This document shows positions 1 through 12,830 of a stretch of 33,116 nt of DNA, piece by piece; positions within the stretch are counted from its first letter, which is position 1, and each line of letters starts with the position of its first letter. Source of the DNA: Hormiphora californensis (taxonomy: Eukaryota; Animalia; Ctenophora); contig WFME01000017.1 in the NCBI GenBank assembly GCA_020137815.1, positions 1 through 33,116 of the forward strand. Reading direction: 5' to 3'. A model generated the notes under the pieces. It saw only the letters and a list, made by a program, of their open reading frames with translations, was not told the origin of the DNA and searched no databases. Position numbers and translations under genes: made by a program.

Positions 1-3000
1 AGAGGCCACATACTCGCCGGTTTTCCCTCACGGTATATGTAATATTTCTAACTCTCCCACTGTTGTCTAATGTAGGTCCACCAATACCGGCCTGGTTGTT
101 CTCCCTGCCTTATATGTAAGATTTCTAACTCTTCCCCAACTGTGTAGAAATGAGGCCAGCAATACCGCCTGGGTGTTCTCTTCGCTCCATGTTATAGTAA
201 GATTTTCTATTGTTGACAATCTCTGCCCCAACTGTGTAGATGAGCCAGTATACGCGCCTGGTTGTTCAGCCCTGTAGGTATGGTAAATAAGTTTTAAGGT
301 CTTCCCACACTGTGTAGACTGTAGGCCAGCATACTCGTTCCGGTTGTTCTCCCCTGCACTGTATATAGTGAGTATTTCAACTCCTTCGCCGCGAACGTTG
401 TAGAAATGAGGCCAGCTGAATCGGAGCTTGCTGGGTTGCTTCTCCCCTGTCCATTGGGTATATAGTACGATTCGTAACCGTCCCCAACTTGTAAATGAGG
501 CCGCAATACTCGGCCTGCGTTCGTTCCCTCCTTGTAATCTACTAGCTTTCTAACTCTGCCACCCCAACTGTTAGAGAGCCAGACATACTCGGCCTGTTTT
601 TCTCCCTGCCTGTATATTCTAGGTACTGTGCCTCTAACTCTTCACCCACCTTGTGGTAGAATGAGGTCCCCCAGCATACTCGGCCGCTCTTCTGGTGTGT
701 CTCCCTGCATTCAGTTATTAGTATAGATTTATCTCGTCTCTCCCCACTGTTTTAGAATGGGCCGCAATACTCGCCTGTGTGCTCCCTGCCTGTTATATGT
801 AAATTTCAACTCTTCCCCACCTGTGTAGAATCGAGCCCAGCAATACGTCGGCCTGGTTGTTTCTCCCTGCCATGTCGTATAGTAAGTTCTCATACTCTTC
901 CCCATACTGTGTAGAATGAGGCCAGCAATACATCCTGTTGGTCTCCCTGCATCTGTTATAGTAAGAGACTTTCTAACTCGTTCCCCACTGTGTAGAGAAT
1001 GAGGCCAGCAATACTCTGGCCTGGTTGTTTCTCCCTGCCTGTATATAGTAAGATTTCTAACTCTTCCCCACCTGTTTCAGATGAGGCCAGCCATACTCGG
1101 CCTGGTTTTTCTCCCTGCACTGTATATATAGTAAGATTTTCTAACTCTTCCACTGTGTGAAGCCACGCACTACGGCTGGTTTTCCTCACTGATATAGAAT
1201 TCCACTCTAAGTTAGGCCCATCTGGCCTGGTGTTCTCCCTGCACTGGTTATATTAAGATTCTAACTCTTCCTCCCAACTGTGTAAAAGATGCCATCATAC
1301 TCGGCCCTGGTTTTCTCTCCTGCCTTGTATATAGTAAGGATTTTCTTAACTCTTCCCCAACTGTAAGATGAGGCCAGCACATACCGGCCTTCTTGTTTCT
1401 CCCTGCCACTGTATATATAATGTTCTGAACTCTTCCCCGAACTTGTGTAGAATGAGGCCATCATACTCGGCCTGTTTGTTCTCCCTGCCTGTAGTATTAG
1501 TAAGATATTCATAACACTCTTCCCAATGTGTAGTATAGAGCCATCCATACGTCGGCCTGTGTTTCTCCCTGCACTGTATATAGTAAGATTTCTACCTCCT
1601 CCAACTGTGTAGAAATGAGGCCAGCAATAACTTCGGCCTGGTTGTTCTCCCTGCACTGTATATAGTAATGATTTCTAACTCTTCCCCAACTGTTGAGAAT
1701 GATGGCCAGCAATACTCCGCTTGGTTTTCCTCCCTGCACTGTAAATAGTAAGATTCTAACTCTTCTCCGCCAACGTGTAAATAAGGCCAGCAATACTCCG
1801 GCGCTGGTTGTTCTCCCGCATCTTATATAGTAAGATTTCTAACTCTTCCCCAACTGTTTAGAATGATGCAGCATACTCGCGCCTGGTTGGTTCTACCTGC
1901 ACTTGTAATAAGTAAGTATTTCTAACCTCTCCCCACTTTGTGTAGAATGAGCCAGCAATACTCGGAGCTGCGTTTGGGTTCTCCCTGTCACTGTATATAG
2001 TAAATTTCTAACTCTTCCCCAACTCATGTGTAGAATGAGAGCCGCAAACTCGGCTGGATTTGTTCTCCCTTGTCTTATTAGTACGGATTTCTAACGTCTT
2101 TCCCCAACTGTGGAGAATGAGGCCAGCAATACTCGGCCCTGGTTGTTCTCCCGCACTGTATATAGTAAGATTTCTAACTCTTCCCCACTGTGTAGAATGA
2201 GGCGAGCAATACTCTGGCCTGGTTGTTCTCCTGCCTGATATAGTCGAACTCTGTAGTGAGAGTAATATCTGTTCGACTGTAATAGAGGCTAACTCTTCCC
2301 CAACTGTGTAGAATGAGAGCCAGCAATACTCGTCCTGGTTGTTCTCCCTTCACTGTATATAGTAAGATTTCTACTCTTGCCCAATGTGTAATGATGCCAC
2401 ATATCGCTGGTTGTTCTCCCTGCACTGTAGTAGTAAGATTTCTAAACTCTTCCCCAACTGGTAGAATATGGCCAGCCAATCGTGGCCTGCGTTTTCTCCC
2501 GCACTGTATATAGTATAGAATTTCTAACTCTTCCCCACTGTGTAGAATGAGGGCCAGCAATACCTGCCTGTTTGTTCTCCCCTCAATGTATATAGTAAGA
2601 TTTCTAACTCTTCCCCAACTGTTTATAATGAGGCCGCATACTCGGCCTGGTTGTTCTCAGTGTCCTGCACTGTATATAGTAAAAGATTTCTAAACTCTTC
2701 CCCAACTGGTAGCATGAATGCCAGCAATACTCGGCTTGTTGTTCTCCCTGCATTGTATTAGTAAGATTTCTAACTCGTCCCAACGGTGTAGAATGAGGCC
2801 ATCAATACTCGGCCTGGTTGTTCTCCTGCACTTATATAGTACGATTTCTAACTCTCCCTCCCAACTGTGAGAATGAGGCCATCAATACTCGTCCTGCTTG
2901 TTCTCCTCCCTGCCCTGTAGATAGTAAGATTTCTAACTCTCTCTTCCCCAACGTGTAGAATGGAAGGGCCAGCATACTCGGCCTTCTTTGTGTTCTCCCT

Positions 3001-6000
3001 GCACGTATATATAAGGGTTGTATAAGCGGAAGAGAGATTCTAACTCTTCCCAACGTGGTAGAATTAGGCCAGCATACTCGGCCTGGTTGTTCTCGCTCCC
3101 TGCACTGTATATAGTAGTTTCTAACTCTTCCGCCAACTGTGTAAGAATGAGGCCAGCGACTCCTCTCGGCCTGTTGTTCTCCCCTGCCACTGTTATAGTA
3201 GATTTCTAACTCGCTTCCCCCAACTCTGTGTATAATGAGCCAGCAATACTCGCCTGGTTTTCTCCCTGCAACTGTATATAGTCAGATTTCTAACTCTTCC
3301 CCAACTGTGTAGAATGAGGCAACAATACTCGGCCTGGTTGTTTCTCCCTGCCATTGTACTAGTAAGATTTTCTAACTCTTTCCCCAACTGTGTAGAATGG
3401 GGGGTTGGGGGGGGTAGAACACCACGCATACTCGGCCTGGTTTGTTCTCCCTGCATGTATATAGTAAGATTTCTAACGCTTCCCCAAACTGTGGTAGAAT
3501 GAGCCACAATACTCGGCCTGGTGTTTCTCCCTGCACTGTATATAGTAAGATTCTCAACTCTTTCCCCAACTGTGAGAATGGGCCATCAATACTACAGCCT
3601 TGTTGTTTTCTCCCTGCACTGTATATAGTAAGATTTCTAACGCCGTCCCCACTGTGTAAAGGAGGCAGCAATACTCGGCCCTGGTTGTTCTCTCCTCCCT
3701 TCACTGTAGATAGTAAATTTTCTAACTCCTTCCTCCCCAACTGTTTAAATAGGCCAGCATACTCCGGCCTGGTGGTTCTCCCTGCACGTATATAGTAGAT
3801 TTCTAACTCGTCCCCAACTGTGTATAATGAGCCAGCTACTGGCCTGGTTTGTTCTCCCTGCACTGTATATAGTATATTTCTTAACTCTAACCCCACTGTG
3901 TAGAATGATGCCAGCAATCTCGGCCTGTTGTTTCTCCCTGCATTGTATATAGTAATATTTCTAACTCTTCCCAACTGTGTGAATGAGGCCAGCAATACTC
4001 GCCTGGTTGTTCTCCCTGCATTGTATATAGTAAGATTTCTAACTCTTTCCCCAACTGTGGGTAGAATGAGGCCCAGCAATACTCGGCCTGGTTGTTGCTC
4101 CCTGCATGGTATATAGTAGATTTCTGCTAAACTCTCTTCCCAACTGTTAGAATGAGGCCAGCAATACGACTCGTCCTGGTTGTTCTCTCCCTGCACTGTA
4201 TATAGTAAGATTTCTAAACTCTTCCCCAACTGTGTAGAATGAGGCCAGCATACTTCGGCCGGCTTGTTCTCGCCTGCACTGTGATATAGTAGATTTCTAA
4301 AACTCTTCCCCACTGTGTAGAATGAGGCAGCAATTACTCGGCTGGTTGTTCTCCGGCCACTGTATATAGTAAGATTTATAACTCTTCCCCACTGTGTAGA
4401 ATGAGGCCAGATACTCGGCCTGGTTGTATCTCCCTGCACGTATATAGTAAGATTTCTAACTCTTCCCCAACTGGTGTAGAATGAGGCCCAATACTCGGCC
4501 TGGTTTTTCTCCTCCACTGTATATAGTAAGCATTTCTAACTCGTCTTCCCCAACTGTGTAATGAGGCCAGCAATACTCGTCCTGGTTTGTTTCTCCCTGC
4601 AACTGTTTATGTAGATTTTCTAACTCTTCCCCAACTGTGTAGAATGTGGCCAGCAGTCCTCGCCTGTTGTTCTCCCTGCACTGTCATATAGTAAAGATTT
4701 CCTACCTCTTCCGCCAACGTGTAGAATGGGGGCAGCAATACTCGCCTGGTGTTCTCCCTCAACTGTATATAGTACGATTTCTAACTCTTCCCCAACTGTG
4801 GAGAATAGGCCACAATACTCGGCTGGTTTGTTCTCCCTTCACTGTCATATAGTAACCGATTTCTACCTCTTCCCCAACTGTGTTAAATCGAGGCCCAGCA
4901 ATACTCGGCTGGTTGTTCCCCTGCATTGTATATAGTAAATTTCTAATCTTCCCCAACGTGGGATGAGGCCAGCCAATACCGCCTGGTTGTTTCCCTCCCT
5001 GCACTGTATATAGTAAGATTTCTAACTCTTACCCTAACCTTCCCCCAACTGTGTAGAATGAGGCCAGCAATACTCGGCCTGGTTGTTCCCCGCACTGTAA
5101 TAGAGTAAGATTTCTAACTCTTCCCCAACTGTGTAGTGAGGCCCAAGCAATAGCTCGTCCTGGTTTGTTTACTCCCTGCACGGTATATAGTACGATTTCT
5201 AACTCTCCCCAACTGTTAAATGAGGCCACAAATACTCGGCCTGTTGTTCTCCCGCAACTGTATAATAGTAAGATTTCTAACTCTTCTCCAACTGTGTAGA
5301 ATTAGGCCAGCAATCACCGGGCCGGGTTGGTTTCTCACCTGCACTGTATCGAGGAAGAAGTTCTAAACGCTTGTTCCCCAACTTGTAGAAGAGTCCAGCA
5401 ATACTCGACCCTGGTTGTTGCTCCCTGCAACTGTATAAAATAGTAAGATTTCTAACTCATTTTCCCCAACTGTTGTAGAAATGATGCCAGCAATCTCGCC
5501 TGGTTGTTCTCCCTGCACGGTATATAGTAAATTTTCTAACTCCTCCCCCACTGTGTAGAATGAGGCCATCAATACTCGGCCTGGTTGTTCTCCTGCCTGT
5601 ATATAGTAAGATTTCTAACTCCTCCCCAACTGTGTAGAATGAGGCCCACAGCAATAACCGCGGCCTGGTTGTTCTTCCCTGCACTGTATATATACGATTT
5701 CTAACTCTTCCCCCCACTGTGTAGAATGAGGCCAGCAATACTCGGCCTTTTGTTCTCCTGCACTGTAATATAGTAAGATTTCTAACTCTTCCCCAACTGT
5801 GTAAATGATGCCATCAATACTCGGCCGGGTTGTTTCTCCCGCATTGTATATAGTATAATTTTCTAACTCTTCCCCAACTGTGTAGAATGAGGCCACATAC
5901 TCGGCCTTGGTTTGTTCGCCCTTCACTGTATATATAGTCAGATTTCTAACTCTTCCCCAACTGTGTAGAAGAGCCAGCAATCCTCGGCCTGGTTTTTCTC

Positions 6001-9000
6001 CCTGCATTGTATATAGTAAGATTCTAACTCTTTCCCCACGGTGTAGAATGAGGCCATCAATACTCGGCCTGGTTGTTCTCCCTTCACTTAATATAGTAAG
6101 ATTTCTAACGTCTTGTTCCCCCAACTGTGTAGAAAGAGTCCACAAATACTCTGCCTGCTTGTTCTCCCTGATTGTATATAGTAAGATTTCTAACTCTTGC
6201 CCCAACTGTGTAAATGAAGGCCAGCAATACTCGGCCTGGTTGTTCTCCTGGCACTGTATATATACGCTTTCTAACTCTTCCCCAAGGTGTAGAAATGCAG
6301 GCCACAATACTCGGCCTGGTTGTTCTCCCTGCACGGATATATAAGATTTCTAACTCTTCCCCCACTGTGTGAATGATGCCAGCAATACTTCGCCTGGTTG
6401 TTCTCCCTGCACTGTAATATCGTAATTGCTTCTAACTCTTTCCCCAACTGTGTAGAATGAGGCCAGCAATACCGGCCTGGTTTTCTCCCTGCACTGTATA
6501 TAGTAAGATTTCTACTCTTCCCAACTGTGTAAAGGAGGCCACAATACTCTGCCTGGTTGTTCTCCATGCATTGTTATAGTAAAGCTTTTCTAACTCTTCC
6601 CCAACGTGTAGAATGAGGCCAGCATACTCGGACTGTGGTTCCCCTGCACTTATATGTAAGATTTCTACACCTCTTTCCCCAACTGTGGTAGATAGGCCAC
6701 AACAATACTCGGCCCTGGTTTTCTCCTCCTCCCTGCACTGTAATAAGTAAATTTTCTAACGCTTCGCACCAACTGTGTAGAATGAGGCCAGCAATATCGG
6801 TCCTGTTGGTTCTCCCTTCACTGTATAGAGTAAAGATTTTCTACATCTTTCCCCAACCGGTTAAATGAGGCCCAATACTCGGCCTGGGTTGTTCTCCCTG
6901 CATTGTATATAGTAAGATTTCTAACTCTTCCCCAACTGTGTAAATGAGGTCCAGCAAATACTCCGCCCTGGTTGTTCTCCCATTCACTGTATATATAAAA
7001 TTTTTCTAACTCTCTCTTCCCAACTGTGTAGAATGGAGGGGAGGCACAATACTCGCTGGTTGTTCTCCTGCACTGTATATAGTAATATTTCTAACTCTTC
7101 CCCCCCTGTTGTAGAATGAGCCATCATACTCGGCCTGGTTGTCTCCCCTGCATTGTATATAGTAAGATTTCCTAACTCTTTCCCCAACTGTGTAGATGAG
7201 GCCAGCCATACTCGGCCTGTTGGTTCTCCCTGCACTGTATTAGTAAGATTTCTACACTCTTCCCAACGTGTAGAATGAGGCCAGCAATACTCGGCCTGGT
7301 TGTTCTTCCCTGTCACTTAGCTAGTAAGATTTCTAACTCTGTCCCCACTGTGGAGATAGGCCGCCAGCAATACTCGGCCTGGTTGTTCTCCCTAGCAACT
7401 GTATATAGTAAGATTTCTAACTCTTCCCCAACGTTAAATATCCAGCAATACTCGGCCTGGTTGTTCTCCCTGCACTGTATATAAGTAGATTTCTAACTTC
7501 TTCCCCACTGTGTATACTGAGCACCGCATACTCGGCCTGGTTGTTCTCCCTGCACTGTTTATAGTAAGATTTCTAACTCTTCCCCCAACTGTTTAGAATG
7601 AGGCCGCAATACTCGGCCTGGTTGTTCTCCTGCACTGTATAGAGTAGATTTTTCTAAACTCTTCCCCAACGGTGTAAATGATGCCACAAATAACTCGGCC
7701 TGGTTTTTCTCCTTCTCCCTGCACTGTATATAGTAGGATTTCTAAAAACTCTTCCCCAACTGTGTAGAAATGAGGCCAGCAATACTCGGCGCTGTTTTCC
7801 ATCCCTGCATTGTACTATATTAAGATTCTAACTCTTCCCCAACTGTGTAGAATGAGGCAGCACTCTCGGCCTGGTTGTTCTCCCTGCACTGTAATATAGT
7901 AAGATTTCTAACCTCTCCCCAACTGTGTCGAATGAGGCAGCACAATACTCGGCCTGGTTTGTTCTCCCTGCAATGTAGATAGTAAGATTTCTAACTCTTC
8001 CCCAATGTGTAGAATGAGGCCAGCAATACTACCGGCCTGGTTGTTTTCTCCCCTGCACTGTATATATAAGATTTCTAACTCTAACCCCAACTGTGTAAGA
8101 ATGAGGCAGCAATACTCTGCCTGGGTGTTCTCCTGCCCTGTATCTCGTAAGATTTCTAACTCTTCCCCAACTGTGTAGAATGTGCCAGCAATACTCGGCC
8201 TGGGTTGTTCTCCCTGCACTGTAATAAGTAAGATTTCCATAACTCTTCCCCAACGGTGTAGAATGATGCCAGCAATACTCGGCCTGGTTGTTCTCCCTGT
8301 CACTGTATATAGTAAAATTTCTAACTCTTCCCCAACTGTGTAGAATGAGGCAGCAATACTCGGCGTGGTTGTTTCTTCCCTCCCGCACTGGTATCTAGGA
8401 AGATTTCTACTCTTTCCCCAACTGTGTCAATGAAGGCGCATCAATACTCGCCTGGTTGTTCTCCCTGCTTGTATATAGTAAGATTTCTAAACTCTTCCCC
8501 ACTGTGAGAATGAGGCCCCAATACTCGCCTGTTTGTTCTCCCTGCACTGTAAATTGTAATATTTCTAACTCTTCCCCAACTGTGTAGAATGAGGCCATCA
8601 ATCTCGGCCTGGTTGTTTCTCCCGGCTATAGTATACTATTAAAATTTCTAACTCTTCCCCAACTGTGTAGAAGAGGCCAGCCCTTACTCGGCCTGGTTGT
8701 TCTCCCTGCACTGTATATAGTAAGATTTCTAAACCGCTTCCCCAACTGTGGTGAATGAGGGCGGAGCAATACTCGCCTGTTTGTTCTCCCTGGCAACTGT
8801 ATATATTAGATTTCTACTCTTCCCCTCCCAACTGTGGACGAACAGCAATACTCGGCCTGTTTGTTCCTCCCTCTCCCTGCAATTGTATACTAGTAAGATT
8901 TCTTTCTACCTCTTCCCCCACTGTTGTAGAATTAGGCCAGCAATACTCGGCCTGGTTTTGTTCTGTTCTCCTGCATTGTATATAGGAAGATTTCTAACTC

Positions 9001-12000
9001 TTCCCCAACGGTGTAGAATGAAGGCCAGCAATACTCGGCCTGGTTTTTCTCACCTGCACTGTATAATAGTAAGATTTTAATCCTTCCCCAACTGGTAGAA
9101 TGAGTCCAGCAATCCTACCGCCTGGTTGGTCTCCCTGCACTGTCATAGTACGATTTCTAACTCTTCCCCACTGTGTAGAATGATGCAGCAATACTCGGCC
9201 TGTTTGTTCTCCTGCACTGTGAAGATAGTAGATTTCTTAACGCTTCCCCAACTGTGTAGAATGAGCCAGCAATACTCGCTGGTTGTTCTCCCTTCACTGT
9301 TATATTACGATTTCTAACTCTTCCCCAACTGTGTAGAATGATGCCAGCAATACGCGGCCCCTGGTTTGTTCTCCCGCACTGTATCTAGTAAGATTCTAAC
9401 TCTTCCCCAACTGTGTAGAATGAGCCAGCAATACTCGGCCTGGTTTTGTTCTTCCCTGCACTGTATATAGTAAGATTTCTAACTCTTCCCCAACTGTGTA
9501 GAATGAGGCCAGCATACTCGGCCTGGTTGTCTCCCTGCACTGTAATAGTAAGATTTCTAACTCTTCCCAACTGTGTAGAATGATGCCAGCAATCCTCGGC
9601 TGGTTGTTCCCCCTGCATTCTGTATATAGTGATTTTCTAACTCTTCCCCAACTGTGTAAATGAGGCACAGCAATACTCGGCTGGTTGTTCTCCTCCACTG
9701 GCACGTAGATAGTAAGATTTCTAACTCTTCCCCAACTGTGTATAATGAGGCAGCATACGCGGCCTGGTTTGTTCTCCCTGCCCTTATATATTAATGATTT
9801 CTAACTCTCCCCCCAACTGTGTCGAATGAGGCCAGCAATACTCGCCTGGTTGTTTCTCCCTGCACTGTATATCGGAGTTTCTAACTCTTCCCCAACTTTG
9901 TAGAATGAGGCCAGTCATACTCGGCCTGGTTGTTCTCCTGCTTGTCATATAGTTAAGATTTCTAACTCTTCCCCAACTTGTGTATAATGATGCCAGCAAT
10001 ACTCGGCCCTGGTTGTTCTCCCTGCCTTATATATTAAGATTTCTAACTCTTCCCCACTGTGTAAGAAATGAGGCCAGCAATACGCTGCCTGTTTGTTTCT
10101 CCCTGCACTGTACCTAGTAAGTATTCTAACCTTCCCCAACTGTGTAGAATTATGCCAGCAATAACTCGGCCTGGGTTTTCTCCCCGCACTGTATATAGTA
10201 AGATTTCTAACTCTTTCCCCAACTGTGTAGAAAAAGGAGGCCAGCATACTCGCCTGTTGTTCCACCTGCCACTGTAGAGAGTAAGATTCTAATCTTTCCC
10301 AACTGTGTATAATGATGCCGCAATACTCGGCCTGGTTGTTTCTCGCCTGCCTGTATAAGTAAGATTTCTAACTCTTCCTCAACTGTGTAGAATGAGGCCA
10401 GCAATACTCGGCTGCCTTGTTCTCCCCTCCCTGCATTGATATATTAAAATTTTCTAACTCTTCCCCAACTGTTGAATGAGGCCAGCAAAATACTCGGCCT
10501 GGTTGTTTCTCCTGCATTGTATATAGTAAGATTTCTAACTCTTCCTCAACTGTGTAGAAATGAGGCCAGCAATTACTCACTCGGCCGGGTTGTTTCTCCC
10601 GGCATTGTATATAGTAATAATTTCACTCTTGCCCCACCTGGGTGAAGGAGGCCACAATACTCGGCCTGGTTTGTTCTCGCCTGCACTTATATAGTAAGAT
10701 TTCTAACTCTTCCCAACTGTGGTTAGAATGAGGCCAGCAATACTTCGGCCTGTTGTTCTCCCTGCATTGTTATAGTAAGATTTCTAACTCTTTCCCCACT
10801 GTTAGAAATGAGGCCAGCAATACTCGCCTGGTTGTTCTCCCTGCACTGTATATAGTATAAGATTTCTACTCTTCCCCAACGTGTAGAATGAGGCCGCATA
10901 CTCGGCCTGGTCGTTCCTCCCTGCCCTCTATAAGTGTAAGATTTCTAACTCTCCCCCAACTGTGGTAGAATGAGCCAGCAATACTCGCCTGGGTTGTCTC
11001 CCTGCACTTGTATAAGTAAGATTTCCACCTCTTCCCAACTGTGTAGAATGAGGCCAGCCTACTCGGCCTGTTGTGTTTCTACCTGATTGTTATATAGTAA
11101 GATTCTAACTCTTCCCCAACTGTGTAGATGAGGCCAGCAATACTCGGCTGGTTGTTCTCCCGGCAACTGTATATGTAAGATTTCTAACCTTTCCAACTGT
11201 GTCGAATGAGCCAGTAATACTCGGCTGGTTGTTCTCTCCTCCCTGCACTGTATATAGTAAGTTTCTAACTCTAACTCTTCCCCAACTGTGTATAATGAGG
11301 CCAGCAATACTCGGCCTGGTTTGTTTCTCCCCCTGCCTGTATATCAGTAAGATTTCTAACTCTTCCCCCAACTGTGTAGAATGAGGCCAGCAATACTCGG
11401 CTGTTGTTCTCGCCTGCCACTGTATATATAAGATTTGCTAACTCTTCCACCTCAACTGTGTAGATGAGGCCAGCAATACTCGCCCTGTTTGTGCTCCCTG
11501 CACGGATATAGTAAATTTTCTAACCTTCCCAACGGTAGTAATGAGGCCAGCAATACTCGGCCTGAGTTGTTCTCCCTGCCTGTTATAGTGAAGATTTTCT
11601 AACTCTTCCCCAACTGTGTAATGAGGCCCAGCAAATTCGGCCTGGTTTTTACTCCCATGCACTGTATTCGTAAGATTTCTAACTCTTCCCCAACGGTGTA
11701 GAATGAGCCAGCAATACGTGCCTGGTTGTTCTCCCTCACTGTAATATAGTAAAATTTCTAACTCTTCCCCAACTGTGTAGAATGAGGCCACACAATACTC
11801 GGCCTGCTTGTTCTCCCTGCACTGTAATAGTAAGATTAACTCTTCTCCCCAAACTGTGTAGAATGAGGCCAGCAATACTCGGGCTGGTTTCTCCCTGCAC
11901 TGTATATAGTAAGATGTTCTAACGCTTCCCCAACTGTGTAGAATGAGGCCAGCAATACTCGGCCTGGTTGTTCTCTCCTGCACTGTATATAGTAAGATTT

Positions 12001-12788
12001 CTAACTCTCTCTCCCCAACTGTGTCAGATGAGGCCAGCATACTACTAGGCCTGTTGTTCTCCCTGCACTGTATATAGTAAGATTTCTAACCTTCTCTCCA
12101 CCAACTGTGTAGAATGAGGCCAGCAATACTGGCCTGGTTGTTCTCCTGCACTGTATTAGTAAGATTTCTAACTCTTCCCCAACTGTGTAGAATGAGGCCA
12201 GCAATACTCGGCCTGGTTGTTCTCCCTGCACTGTATATAGTAAGATTTCTAACTCTTCCCCAACGTGTAGAATGAGGCCACAATACTCGGCCTGGTTGTT
12301 CTCCCCTGCACTGTAGATAGTAAGATTTCTAACTCTCCCCAACTGTGGTAGAATGAGCCAGCAGCAATACTCGGCCGGTTGTTCTCCCTGCACTGTATAT
12401 AGTATAATTTCTAACTCTTCCCCACTGTGTAGAATGAGGCCAGCAATACTCGGCCTGTTGTTCTCCCTGCACTGTTATAGTAAGATTTCTAACTTTCCCC
12501 AACTGTGTAGAAGAGGCCGAACAATACTCGGCCTGGGTTTTCTCCCTGCACTGTATATAGTAAGATTTCTAACTCTTCCACTGTGTAGAATGAGGCCAGC
12601 AATACTCGGCCTGTTGTTTCCCTGCATGTATATAGTAAGATTTCTAACTCTTCCCCAACTGTGTAGAATGAGGCCAGCATACTCGGCCTGGTTGTTCGCC
12701 CTGCACTGTATATAGTAAATATTTCTAACTCTTCCCCACTGTTTAGAATGAGGCCAGCAATACTCGGCCTGGTTGTTCTCCCTGCACT
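1..12788 (+). repeat. 81-bp tandem satellite, roughly 155-160 copies; consensus GTATATAGTAAGATTTCTAACTCTTCCCCAACTGTGTAGA-ATGAGGCCAGCAATACTCGGCCTGGTTGTTCTCCCTGCACT
   Basis: Unit read directly (clean copies around 12150-12240). Head-to-tail with no spacers. The last copy runs into TMED10 exon 1. Copy number estimated as length/81. The array continues past the left window edge. Confidence 0.97.
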
Positions 12789-12830
12789 CATCTCTCCGCA
12801 CTTTCCTTCCTTCAAACTTAACCCCTGAAG
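12748..12830 (+). CDS. TMED10: TMED10 exon 1 (signal peptide), with indels as assembled
   Basis: ATG at 12748 preceded by TTTAG|[23 protein letters not shown](E) then GAAG|GTAAG donor. One extra C in ACCCCTGAAG creates an apparent TGA. Confidence 0.75.

Noticed and set aside
1-12788. CRISPR array or RT-associated repeat array
   Set aside because: Monomers are contiguous with no unique spacers, there are no cas genes, and the context is eukaryotic with introns.
294-12815. Minus-strand ORFs in the 81-bp array (e.g. 381 aa at 3372-4517)
   Set aside because: They are frame-hopping translations of a 27-codon repeat with no domain signal. Only the plus frame connects to a real gene.
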